DNA of 63,155 nucleotides, the filler included. It is 14 parts of 14 records of this genome, joined end to end, with 100 filler letters (N's around TTAATTAATTAA, not from the genome) between each part and the next. Parts side by side here need not be neighbours in the genome. Positions count along the whole stretch, not along the records: positions 10,893 to 15,395 come from SRR15195285_1969; positions 15,496 to 21,432 come from SRR15195285_1970; positions 21,533 to 26,056 come from SRR15195285_1972; 11 more parts are not named here. The stretch is one strand, 5' to 3'. This document shows positions 10,893 to 21,585 of this stretch, piece after piece. Each line of letters starts with the position of its first letter. The stretch's first letter is position 1. A model generated the notes under the pieces. That model was not told the origin of the DNA, ran no database searches, and saw only the letters and a list, made by a program, of their open reading frames with translations. Made by a program: the position numbers and the translations under genes.

Positions 10893-13800
10893 TGATCCGA
10901 GGGCAAGCTGCCCGTAGGTGTTTTGCCCCCACGTCTGCACTGCGCTGCTTGGGAGTGCCACGCATGTGGTGCTCGCGTTGTCGTCGTGGTCGTAGTGGCC
11001 ACCCGGACAAGAACGTCCAATTTCCCATCCGATGTGTGCAGTTGATTTGCCGACCACATAACAAGAGCCAGGCGCATCGACCTCCGTGTCCCACCCACCA
11101 GGGAAGAACTCAACCCCATCGATGGTCACAGACCAGTTTTGGGAGTGATTTCCGTCCGATTGAACTACCACTGCAGATTCAATGTAGTCAGAACTGGAGT
11201 AAGTTACATCAACGCCTGGAAAAACCAGGGAGCTACCACTGGTAGCAGGGGTATAGTCCAACCACGGGGAGCACCACTTAAGGTCGCCATCTGTCCATCG
11301 GTACAAGTTGTCTGGACAGATGCCATTAAGGCAGTCTATGGGCGGCGGTGGTGGCAGCAACGTAGGCATAGGCGTGCCAGCGATGCTTGTTTCTTGCTCA
11401 GGATGCAACAGCAAATTGGATCCAGGTGGTACAGATCGTATTTCGGTGTAGGAGCTTCGGCCAAGATGTGCGTCAAGGCTTGGGCAAGCAGCATCTGCAG
11501 CCTCTGCGCTCCCCCAGGCGCGACCACCGTCTCTGCAGGAGTCACACGGGAAGCTGCCACACCCAGCGCCAGAGCTATATATAATATGCGAGTAAGATTG
11601 AAGTGCCCGCGCATCCGTGCATACGATATCTGAAAATCCATCTCCGTCGCAATCATAGTCCATGATTAGCTGAGCCCCTCCGTTCGATCCGTGGGAACAC
11701 CAGCTTGGAGAGGCACGTCTGCAACCCCACTGCATCGAGTCCTCAGGCACTTCGAGCGGCACTGAGGACTCGATCATTGTTGCGTTCATCCCAGCGAGCA
11801 AGTTTGTTCCGCCACACCATAATTCCAGCTCAGAGATCCTCCACACGACGTCCACGTTGTTAAAAAAGTTGAACGTGACAGAAATTAGTACCTCCTCAAT
11901 GCAAGGAGTGGCAGGATCTGCGTCGTGATCGACGTAGCCAGTTTCGCAGCTAGTGCAGCTCGTGGCCTGCACCGGGGAGAAGAAGCCCGGCTCGCACTGT
12001 GCGCATGCTGTGGATGGGTCGCTGTCAGTATCGGCGGTCCCAGAGATACACGAAACGCATGACAGCTGACCCGCTGGTGTGTACGTCCCTACACGACAGA
12101 GCTGACACGGTGTAGAAACATTAGAATCATGGTCGTATTGTCCAGCCGGACATCCACTCCACTCACACCCACTCAACACAAAGGTACCAGCCTGCACAGG
12201 TTCGACGATGAGTACAGCAGCAGAGGGCCCTGTGGCTCGAAATGGTGCGGCATACACCTTACCATCAACCCCTAGTGCACCTGCTGGCCACTTGTCGCTA
12301 CCGTCTATGCCAACGTCAAGCGTGCTGCTAGTCCCGGCAATGGTATCAATGGCGAGGACGCTTCCGCCATTCCACGGAAAAGAATAGACTGTCAAGTCAG
12401 AAGCAAGGACGGCTCCGGACCAACGAAACGATCCGCTACCTACAGGTATGCTTGATGTATCGATAGCACCTGTCGCAGTGTCTATGATGAGTACGGATGT
12501 TTTTGTTATCGGTATCCCATAAATTTTGTTGTTCGGTCCAATGCATCCTGTCCACCACTTGTCGGTTCCAGACCCGACGCTCATGCTTGTCACATCTGTA
12601 CTGCTGGCCGCCGGGTCTACGATTAGGACGCTGTGCGCGTTCGTGGGTATACCGTAAATTTTGCCGTCCGTACCCAGCACACCTCCCCACCACAGCTTAT
12701 GCGATCTCGACCCTGCGCCACCATGCCGCAAGCTCGTAATGTCCCAAGTAGTGGCAACGGGGTCAACAACAATTACAGCACCGTGCCTCTCCGGTATACC
12801 GTACAGCTTCCCGTTCGGCGCAAGCACGCCGTCGTTCCATTTGTCGCCACCGTCTATGCCGCTTAGACTGGTGGTATCAGTGGTTTGAGCGACCGTATCC
12901 ACGATCAAGATGGATGTAGAATGTCGTGGGAACCCATAAATCTTGCCGTTAGGCGCAAGAGCACCGTCCCACCACTTATGACCACCGCTCCCCAATCCCG
13001 CCATAGATGTCGTATCGGTCGTTCCAGCGACTGGGTCAATAATTAAAACCGCGTCCGCCAGATGAGGCATCCCATAAATTCTCCCATCTACTCCGTTTGC
13101 ACAGCCCCACCATCCGTGTGCCCACGATATATCGTCAGCAGGTTGCGACATACGTGTGGCGTCTGTGGTCACTTGAGTCGTCACCGGAAGAGGGCAAGTT
13201 ATTTGCGCAGTTCCACCATACGGAGCTACGCACGATATCGCCCCTAGTTCGGCAAGATCAGATGGGAAGTTTGGCAGTCCGAGGCCCGTGACCCCCGTTC
13301 CCCAATCTGATGCGACGCCCAGGCCGAGAGACAGAACGTTTTCAAAATCGTAACCCGTTGTGTTTTGCGGGAGTGAGCACTTGGCGTCGCATACATCTGC
13401 GTACTGCCCAGTTGAGCAATCCGAACGCTGGCTGAGTAGTAGCTGAATCGAGAGCGCAGAGTTGTCGCATGCCCAGTTACCAGCGTTTGAGAACATCCAG
13501 TCAACTGAGCCACCCAGCGACACCACACCCTCGAATGAGAGCTCGACAGGTGATTGGTCGTTGAAAGGTGTGTCTCTGAACTCGACATTTTGTGCAGCAC
13601 CATCCACAAACACTGCAAAGTTCACCGTGGTAGTGCAGGACAGCTTGCGAAACGTCCACACGACACGGATATGGGCAGCATTCTCGCCAGTATTCGTCCA
13701 TCGCACATCCAGCAGGTGGTTCACCTCAGAACTGTGACCTGGGTGTATCGCAACCTCGCCAGCCGCTGGCCCAGGCTCTGGATGCACCAGCTGCTGATCG

Positions 13801-14678
13801 CACAGGCCGGGGAAGTGACCAGTTGTACCAGGCGTGCGGAAGCAGTTGAATTGACTTTCGAACCCTTCGTGAGACGCTGGTCGGGCCATGACCTCAAGCG
13901 GAATTTCGCTTCTTAGGGTGCTCGTCGGGGCGATCCAATCGCTTGTAGCCAGGAAAGACCATTCGCCTTCCCCGGTGCAGTCAGCGAATGCTGTAACACC
14001 GATTGGCGGTGACGCCGCGTCGTAATCACTTCTCAAGGTGCAAGCAGTTGTCGTAGTGGACATGGCCAAGATCACTGCCGATATCCACATACGAGTAAGT
14101 GCAGCTCCACGACGACCTGCGTTGATCGTGAGTACGGCCGAAGCAGCGCTATGCGCACGGTACTTAGGTGCAAGGCTTCCGAGTGTTCCAATGGCTACCA
14201 CGTAAGGCAGCAGTATCTGGAACAGATAGATCGGCCAGTCCGTATTGTCTGTCACCGGTGTGTCCATATTGTCTGTCGAAACAAAGAGGCAACCGAGCGT
14301 GTCATCATTCGGTAGTTGACGTTCATCAGGCGTATCGATCTCATCCAAATGATAGTTGACTAAGATGATATCGTCCTCATCCTGCACACCTCCCGTGTTC
14401 TCTTCCTCGTAGTCTATTGCCACCGACTTCTCATCCAGGCAGTTGTCCGTCTTAACAGGATCCTGCGCATCGTTGAGATTGCATGCGTACTGAACATGGT
14501 CTTCCAGGTTGTTCTCCGCCCAGCATGTGGGCCGTGCATAGTAGGCAAGCAAGGACTTTGGCTTGACATGCCAGACAGCTGGATCCAACGCGTGAATCTG
14601 TCGTTTGCTCACCAGATCATGCATATCGTCGCCGTTGAAGCGGAGGTCTTTCTGCTCAGTGGTCTGCGAACATGCCAC
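10893..14678 (-). CDS. Large surface/secreted protein with beta-propeller repeats and ephrin-receptor-like (GCC2/GCC3) Cys repeats; 3' truncated
   Basis: About 7 repeats of KWxxGVLAPNGKIYGIP...VLIID (~12200-13150); CPAGQYDHDSNVSTPCQLCRVGTYT-type repeats (~11900-12160 and ~10960-11010). Likely signal-peptide start MWISAVILAM at 14090. Confidence 0.75.
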
Positions 14679-14888
14679 GCGCAGATGTTAGTCATCTCTC
14701 ACAACACAGGTGTGAGGGGGGGGCGGGGGGCGGGCGTCTGTGCAGTGCAGCGTGCCACGGATCAAATGAATGGGTCTGCTCCGGTAAAGCTAGAACCGAA
14801 AGCCTCATCTGCCTGTTGCTCACCGGATCATGCATATTGTTGTCCTTCAAGCAGAGGTCTTTCTGTTCAGTGGTCTGCGAACATGCCA
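14596..14888 (+). repeat. 82-bp imperfect direct repeat (14596-14677 and 14807-14888)
   Basis: Both copies read ATCTG..TTGCTCACC.GATCATGCATAT...GAGGTCTTTCTG.TCAGTGGTCTGCGAACATGCCA. Confidence 0.9.
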
Positions 14889-15663
14889 TTCGCAGTCCCC
14901 GCGGCCTTCGCCCGCCTCCGCAGCTCTTTGGGTCCCAGACCTCGCAATCCAACACCACCGCGTCAGCATTGGCACTGGTGATAGCTTGTGGCCGAGCCTT
15001 TGACACACACAAGCACCGCGGGCGTGCAGCCATACCACCCCGCACCCACCCCGCCACCGAACCTCAGTCTCGCCCTCCTCAACCCCCAAGTCTGTCCTGA
15101 ACCCCTCTCCAATTTACTCCAGTTGCCACCCTCCTCGCTGGGCCTGACGCTAACTTTCTGCTGCTCCTCTGCTCCGTCGCACTCCCAGAGCCCCGTCGTC
15201 GCAGCCCCGCCAACCTCAACCCAACTCAGAGCCCGGCCAGGAAAATCAGGCGGGCCTGATCTCGCACGTATTGACGCTATTCATAGTATGCAAACTTGGC
15301 ACAGCTCCACAGCAGCCGACGGATAGTACCAGCGGGTTTCTAAGAGTGGGGATGATATCACCGCTGCTCCAGCATGCACTCCAACTGTCGACACTNNNNN
15401 NNNNNNNNNNNNNNNNNNNNNNNNNNNNNNNNNNNNNNNTTAATTAATTAANNNNNNNNNNNNNNNNNNNNNNNNNNNNNNNNNNNNNNNNNNNNTCTCT
15501 CTCTCTCTCTCTCTCGCGCGCGCGCTCTCCCCCGCCTGGAGTTCACGCCCGAGCCGCTCACCGTCGCTCGGCGTCGCAGACGAACTTGGCTGCGCCATCA
15601 TCACCCGCCCGGCGAAAGGCAACGAAAGCAGCTCCGCCGCCTCCCGAGTCGCCTCCGCCGACC

Positions 15664-16607
15664 ATGGCACAACCCCCCGTCCGGCCGCGTGCCACAGTGT
15701 CGAACCTGCTCGAAAAGAAGATGCCCGACGACTTGCGCGCTCGAACACAGCCACAGCGAGCACCGTCTACCCAAGATGTCAATCGCAGCATGTTCACGCA
15801 CCAACCGTCTTCCGAATCGTTTCGAACGGATTTCAATCGCCCCTCGGCACTGGGGATGCTCCAGGCGGCCAATGCTAGCCGTGCCCTGACCGCTGACCGT
15901 AGCAACATGCCCCCTACCTGCAACACGATGTCTGATTTCGAATCAGACGAAGAAGATCACGAGGTGTGCTCGTCCCCCGTCAAGCAAGAGCCTGACTTGG
16001 CGGACGTGATGCGCAACATGGAGAGTTCTTTCTCCGAGCTATCGTGAGTTTGCCACTTGAACTTGCCTCTTCCTGTCTTTCCGACAGCGTTCGGGGAGAG
16101 GGACGCGCTGCACTGCTGTTCTGACATGGGTGTTCCGTGGATCGCTTGTTCAACAGGTGGCTCACGGCTTTAGATGACGACACCGACCCGGGGGCGCCGG
16201 TGGGTACCGTGAGCGGCTCCTACGGATATCCACATGCTGACTCTGAGACAACTGTGATGGACCTTGGCGATCAGCTGCTGTGCGATCCTGCACCTGCTTC
16301 ACAACCATCTACCGCCGCTCAACAACAAGCAGCGCTTGGCAGCAGCGCCGTTGGGCTAATAGCCACCACGACCGCCACAGTCGATGCAACCGGTACAATC
16401 TGTGCAGAGTCTCCCATGAAAAAGAAGAACCCAAAGCCGTCAGAATGCAGCTCACCGGTGGTATCGCCTTGCCTCAGCCCTTCTGCTTCCGGCCCCGTGT
16501 CTGACGGGATCGAGTACCTCGATCTAAACGACAGCGAGATGGACAAGTGGCCAGGGGTGGACCCAGAATCGCGTTACCAGTCAGCTCTAAACTATACGGT
16601 CATGTAA
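15664..16607 (+). CDS. Hypothetical S/P-rich protein, 2 exons
   Basis: ATG 15664; intron GTGAGT...CAACAG (~16043-16157) joins ORF 15586 to ORF 16137 in frame. Confidence 0.55.
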
Positions 16608-16799
16608 AACATGGACAACCTGTGGACGAGGAGAAAGTGCTTTTTGTACAATAATCTGTGGAGCCCCGCAGGATGGACCTGTGTACTCGAACTTCAACTA
16701 AAAGACTATGTTACTAACATTAGCGCGTGATTCACTTCTACAACGACTGGCAGGTGCCAATCACCACGCCTTCCGGTCCAAAAAGCACATGAGTCCACA

Positions 16800-18008
16800 T
16801 CATCTCATTGCCATCATGGTCTCCGCCGCAGCACGAGAGCGAATCGCGCTACTCGAACGCCCGGGCGGTGGACCAGCTGGGCGAGGCGGGGCTGCAGTTT
16901 GTCGACCTAGTGTCATCTTCCTGCTATTCTCTCGAGCCACCGGTCGCGCGTTTTCTTGATCCTCAGTGACCCACCGTCTCAACGCCCTGGTTTTCCTCGC
17001 ACCGCTGCTCTTATTGCGCGACCGACGCTGGCGGTTAGAGGCAGCAGAGGAAGGGCGTGATGAACTAGGCCCGGATGAGATCTGATGCCGCATGTCATTG
17101 GACAGCGGAATCGGGCACGTGAGGGCCCGTGCGTGGCGAGATCCCGAAAGCGTGCTGTTCAGCTCCTCCTCTGCGCCTTCAAATCCACTATGCCGTCGAG
17201 ACGACTTGGAGCGCGTTCGGAGCTCCGGCGCACTCGAACTGTGCGGCACGTCTGTCAGCTCGTCGTCCGCGAGCACACTATCGGAATCCAAAGTTTCATC
17301 GGAGCCGGAGTCGCATTCATCATCCGATGCTGGGGGTGGGTTCTCGTACGCGCGGCTTTGTGCAGAGCCGGAGGACGCCGTCCTCTGTGCCTCCGAGTAG
17401 GAGCTCGATGCCCCTTGCAAGCGCACACGACCGTGGCAGCTGACCACTCTGCTCTGACGTGTTGCTGCCACTGGTATTCTGTCCCGCGCAGGGGCGCTCA
17501 CAGGGCGCCGTGTTTGTCGATCTGAATGTGCACGATCAATTCCGCCCACGTTCGAACGGTTGAGATCGTCTGAGCGAACCACGCAAATCGAGTAGTTGCC
17601 ACAGCGCAGCAACGCGGTCAGCTCGCTCGCCTCAGCCTCTACTTCCATTGATTGTTGCGTAGCTATTGGTCGGGTTCGTATCGGCCGTTTCTCTCGGGGC
17701 TGGGGTGGTCGCCGGTGCGAGCTGTTCCCGCGGGTCCTGAGCGCCCTTGTTGCCGACCTCGGCCGGCCGGATCCGGAGAGCTGAGCAGCAGAGCCATTTC
17801 GCGATGCCTCGGCCTCAGCCTTCATGCGCACATCCGACAGCGACCGTGTGGCGCCGACTCTGCTAGCGCTCATCCCGCTGGACGTGAGCTGCAGGACCAG
17901 CTTGTCCAGCGCCCTTCGGTTGAAGAGTGCTGGCGCATCCATATGGGCCAGCAGTGCTTCTGCGCCTTGAACCCAGTGCACCAGCCACCACCACGTTCTG
18001 TCTGCCAA
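16800..18008 (-). CDS. Hypothetical low-complexity S/R-rich protein (5' exons unresolved)
   Basis: 402-codon ORF with no recognisable domain. Confidence 0.45.
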   Translation of the reverse strand: MADRTWWWLVHWVQGAEALLAHMDAPALFNRRALDKLVLQLTSSGMSASRVGATRSLSDVRMKAEAEASRNGSAAQLSGSGRPRSATRALRTRGNSSHRRPPQPREKRPIRTRPIATQQSMEVEAEASELTALLRCGNYSICVVRSDDLNRSNVGGIDRAHSDRQTRRPVSAPARDRIPVAATRQSRVVSCHGRVRLQGASSSYSEAQRTASSGSAQSRAYENPPPASDDECDSGSDETLDSDSVLADDELTDVPHSSSAPELRTRSKSSRRHSGFEGAEEELNSTLSGSRHARALTCPIPLSNDMRHQISSGPSSSRPSSAASNRQRRSRNKSSGARKTRALRRWVTEDQENARPVARENSRKMTLGRQTAAPPRPAGPPPGRSSSAIRSRAAAETMMAMR

Positions 18009-18557
18009 TCTTATGGCCCACCGCGCCTCCCCCGGTCAACCTGCCATGTCACTTCGAGGCCTGGGCCCAGACAATCGACACTGCAACGCTCCACCGGGTC
18101 CCCCAGACACTCAGGGAGGAGCAACTGGCACGCCCACCTCAAGACCACAGGATGGTCGCCGCCGCGGTTCGCTCCCCAGACTCATGAAAAAGATCAACCG
18201 TCACTCAGTCACGCCCGAGGAGTCACGGGGATTACACCATACGCATACCCGGTGTACACCTGCTAGATCTAGCACATGTACTATTGATAGTAGGAATTCC
18301 TACCAGTACCGGTATTGGAATTCAGTACCATACTCGGAAATTGATGAAATGACTTTAAATCGAATTCTCACTGGTCCCATTTAGCGATGTAGGTGCGCCC
18401 GGGGGGCGCACCTAAGCGTGACTCTCTAACTCGAGTGACGGGGACGCACGATCGCACGAGCGACTCGCCTGACCGCGCGACGGTACAGCCGATTACGACC
18501 GACTGCTGGCCTCATAGCTCAGCTGGTAGGTCGAGGGCGAGATCATATTCCCTGGGA

Positions 18558-19618
18558 ATGATGCTGGGTTCACAGCCGCTACTCTGGGCGCTGCTGCGCC
18601 GTGCTCGTCAGCCACGCGTCCTGACCGCAGCCGCCACTGCCAGTGCGGCCATCAGCGGCGCCGTGGTGGCTTTAGCCTCAGCGCCAAGGCAGTGCGAATC
18701 GGAGCGACAGCGGGTGAAAGTGCTGGTGACAGGCTTCAATGACTGGAAGAACCTCGGGGAGACGCCGAATCTGTGGAGGTGCCAAGACAATCCATCGTGT
18801 CGGCTGTTGGTTGGACCGGCGTGTGCCAGCCCTCCACTACGCAAACAGGGAGGGCTGGCGCGCAGGCTGCGGCAGTGTGATGCAGGATCGGGCGTGCAGA
18901 TTGACTGGCACTTTCAGACCCTGACAACACAGTGGCAAACTGCGGCCACGCTCGACTACCTCGCGTTTGACGTGGTAGTCAACGTTGGGTTAGGCGTATA
19001 CGACGGGAGCAAAGAGTTGCGTGTCGAGCAGGGCGCCCACAACAGCGCGCGCGGAGCCGACGCCGCAGGCCACCCGCCGCGTTGCGACATTCAGGAAGAG
19101 GGTAAGCCTGACGTGCTGGCGGTAAACTCCATGGCACCGCTCACCGCTGCAATAGATGGTCTGCGGTGTGGGGACTACCAGGTGGTGACAGTGAATGCCA
19201 GGAAGAGGAATTCCTACATCTGCAACGACACGCATTACAGAGGTGCGCCCCTCCTGATCGACTGCTATATACGGTAGTTGCGCCTACGGAGTAACATCCA
19301 CGCAGGTAGATTCTGACACCTGCTCCGACTGGCCATGCGTCCAGCACTTCGCGCATTGCAGTACTCGCAAGATACCAACGGCGGGTTGAAAGCAGTTTAC
19401 TTCATTCATATTCCACCACCTGGGAAGCAATTCGATCCCGCGAGCGAGGTCTGTGCCACCACGCCCACAGCTGCAGGTCCTGCATGTTGCACTGTGCTGA
19501 TTACTTGCGCTGGCTGCCGCGTTACTGCGATCATGCACAGGCTGACTACGAGCCACTAGCATCAGCCATGGCTACGCTCATCTTGCGGCTGGTTAGTGTA
19601 GCGATCGGCGAGGCGTGA
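18558..19618 (+). CDS. Pyroglutamyl-peptidase I (peptidase C15)-like, 3 exons
   Basis: KVLVTGF...NPS; VVNVGLG...RVEQGAHN (catalytic Glu); SYICNDTHY (Cys); FIHIP (His). Introns near 19243-19325 and 19449-19540. Confidence 0.85.
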
Positions 19619-19719
19619 CAGACCTCGCGCATAGCTTCTAGAACCCCGAGTAGTCGAGGTCGTTGCGAATAGCAGTGCACAATCATGGGCTCACGCTTGC
19701 GCGTATGCTCAGCAGCTTG

Positions 19720-20979
19720 TTATCTCCGAACACCAGGCAGGCAGACCTCGATGAAGGGGCTCTCGGCCACGTCCTCCCACAGCCGGTGCTGAGCGCTAGG
19801 CCCGGATTCACCTGATGCATGGATTGATTCGTCTGCATCGCGTGACAACGCCATCGCAAACCACCGCCGCTTCTGAAACCGTGGCTCCACCCACCCCCAC
19901 GATCCATTGCGCACCTCGCCTGCCAGCTGGCCGGGTCCCCACTGGGCACTACCATTCATGAGCGCCACCATGCCACCGTTCGCAGCGGCAGCCCGCACTA
20001 CAGCATCCGGTAGATCGTACAGGCTATGTGGGCTGGCACACTCCGCAATGTAGATCGGAGGAGCGTCGGCATCGGCACCACGCGCCCTTACCACAGTGGC
20101 GTTGCCACTTTGTGGCGGAAAGATTCGACGTGATCCTTGGAGACCAGAAGCGCCCATGGTGTGCAACGCGTGCCAGGCTTCCTTGCAGACCGGCCCCCCG
20201 TCTCTCAATTCGACGTGGAGAGAACCACCGGCCTCGCGCGTCGCGTGGCCGGCCTCGGGCGTGGATAGCTGCTCACTCTGGCGTGGGTTGGAGCCGAGCA
20301 TCGGTCGATTCAGGACAACGGCTATGCTACCTCGCTCGTCGTCGTGCTCGATCAGGTAGAGGACAGTGTGATCGAACGGCCCCGATGTGTTGTTCACGTT
20401 TCTGTTGTCAAGGAACACGAGGAGCGAGCCTGCTTCAAGCCCTTCGACCGGCAAGCCATGACGGATGACCCGCACACCCTCGACGGTGGACCCCACGAGC
20501 CGCAGGTTGTTTCGAACGAGAAAGATGTGCAGCCCGACCGACCAAGGACCCACAAAAATCATGGCCAGCTGGAAACACTCGTACGTGGACACCCATTTCT
20601 CCGCCGTGCGCCAGCGGCCGTCGGTCAAGTGGTATATCACACAGAAAACGAGCAGAACCCACCGAAACGCCGACGTCACCATCAGTGATCTGACCGTGCC
20701 AAGGTAATCGGCCACGTGCTCTCGCCACACAGCCACCAGCGGACGTGGTGGTGGCTGAGGCAGGCCGTTGTACTTCGCGCCACAGATGTCGCATCGCGTG
20801 CACCGGTGCGCCGAGCCCCGCCGCTGCTGTTGTGACGCTTGCCACTCTGCGATGCACGCGGCATGCGCGAAGCGAGCGGTCCCTTTGCAGTCGCACGGCG
20901 CGAGGAGCTCACCCTCGGACTCGAGGCAGATTCTGCACTGCTTCGGCTCCGCAGTTGGTTCCGCAGCTGGTTCGGCCAT
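19720..20979 (-). CDS. RING-CH (RINGv/MARCH) E3 ligase with TM helices fused to YqgE/AlgH (DUF179) domain
   Basis: CRICLE...PCDCKG...HAACIAEW...CDIC; two hydrophobic helices; FDHTVLYLIEHDDERGSIAVVLNRP, GGPV, GSAQWGPGQLAGEVRNGSW. Confidence 0.85.
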   Translation of the reverse strand: MAEPAAEPTAEPKQCRICLESEGELLAPCDCKGTARFAHAACIAEWQASQQQRRGSAHRCTRCDICGAKYNGLPQPPPRPLVAVWREHVADYLGTVRSLMVTSAFRWVLLVFCVIYHLTDGRWRTAEKWVSTYECFQLAMIFVGPWSVGLHIFLVRNNLRLVGSTVEGVRVIRHGLPVEGLEAGSLLVFLDNRNVNNTSGPFDHTVLYLIEHDDERGSIAVVLNRPMLGSNPRQSEQLSTPEAGHATREAGGSLHVELRDGGPVCKEAWHALHTMGASGLQGSRRIFPPQSGNATVVRARGADADAPPIYIAECASPHSLYDLPDAVVRAAAANGGMVALMNGSAQWGPGQLAGEVRNGSWGWVEPRFQKRRWFAMALSRDADESIHASGESGPSAQHRLWEDVAESPFIEVCLPGVRR

Positions 20980-21283
20980 ATGGTCTATGAAAGTTGCTGC
21001 TGCTGCGGATTCTCCACGTCCCCCCACGACCCAACCCCGCCCACGCCGCGGCAGGCACGTCGCACGCGCGGAAGTTGACTGCAGCAGCAGCCTCGCTCAG
21101 CCCTGCTGGCAGGGCTGCTCAGGGTGCTGCGTCGGTGCGCCGACGGCCACCGCCACCGCCACTCTCCCTCTCCTCTCGGTGTGTATAGTACACGCCGTAG
21201 TACGGAAGTACGGTGATCTCGGCGCCTCAGCCCCTCAGCAACTCAGCCATCACGCACGCCGATGCACGCAGCGCATGGCTGCA

Positions 21284-21415
21284 TGGTCAGAGGGTGAGTT
21301 GGACTCGTTGGGAGTAAGGAAAACTCACTGAGAACTGCAGTGTACCCCTCTGACCACCTCGCCGGGTCGCTGCTTTTTGTTGCGCATTACCATTGAAATT
21401 AGTGTTGTTTTCACT
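21284..21415 (+). repeat. Dispersed element B, copy 3 (most complete, nested hairpin)
   Basis: Aligns with 5866-5935 and 2669-2748; TGGTCAGAGGG (21284-94) pairs with CCCTCTGACCA (21346-56). Confidence 0.8.
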
Positions 21416-21585
21416 CCGCGGAGTGCTGAATTNNNNNNNNNNNNNNNNNNNNNNNNNNNNNNNNNNNNNNNNNNNNTTAATTAATTAANNNNNNNNNNNN
21501 NNNNNNNNNNNNNNNNNNNNNNNNNNNNNNNNGGGGGGGGGGGGGGGGGGGGGGGGGGAATCCCAAAAGTTGGCGGTATGCGCAC

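Noticed and set aside
21533-21558. Poly-G run; also (CT)n at 15496 and 40932, (CAG)n at 36916 and 50379
   Set aside because: Simple repeats, mostly at contig breaks; not telomeric and not informative.
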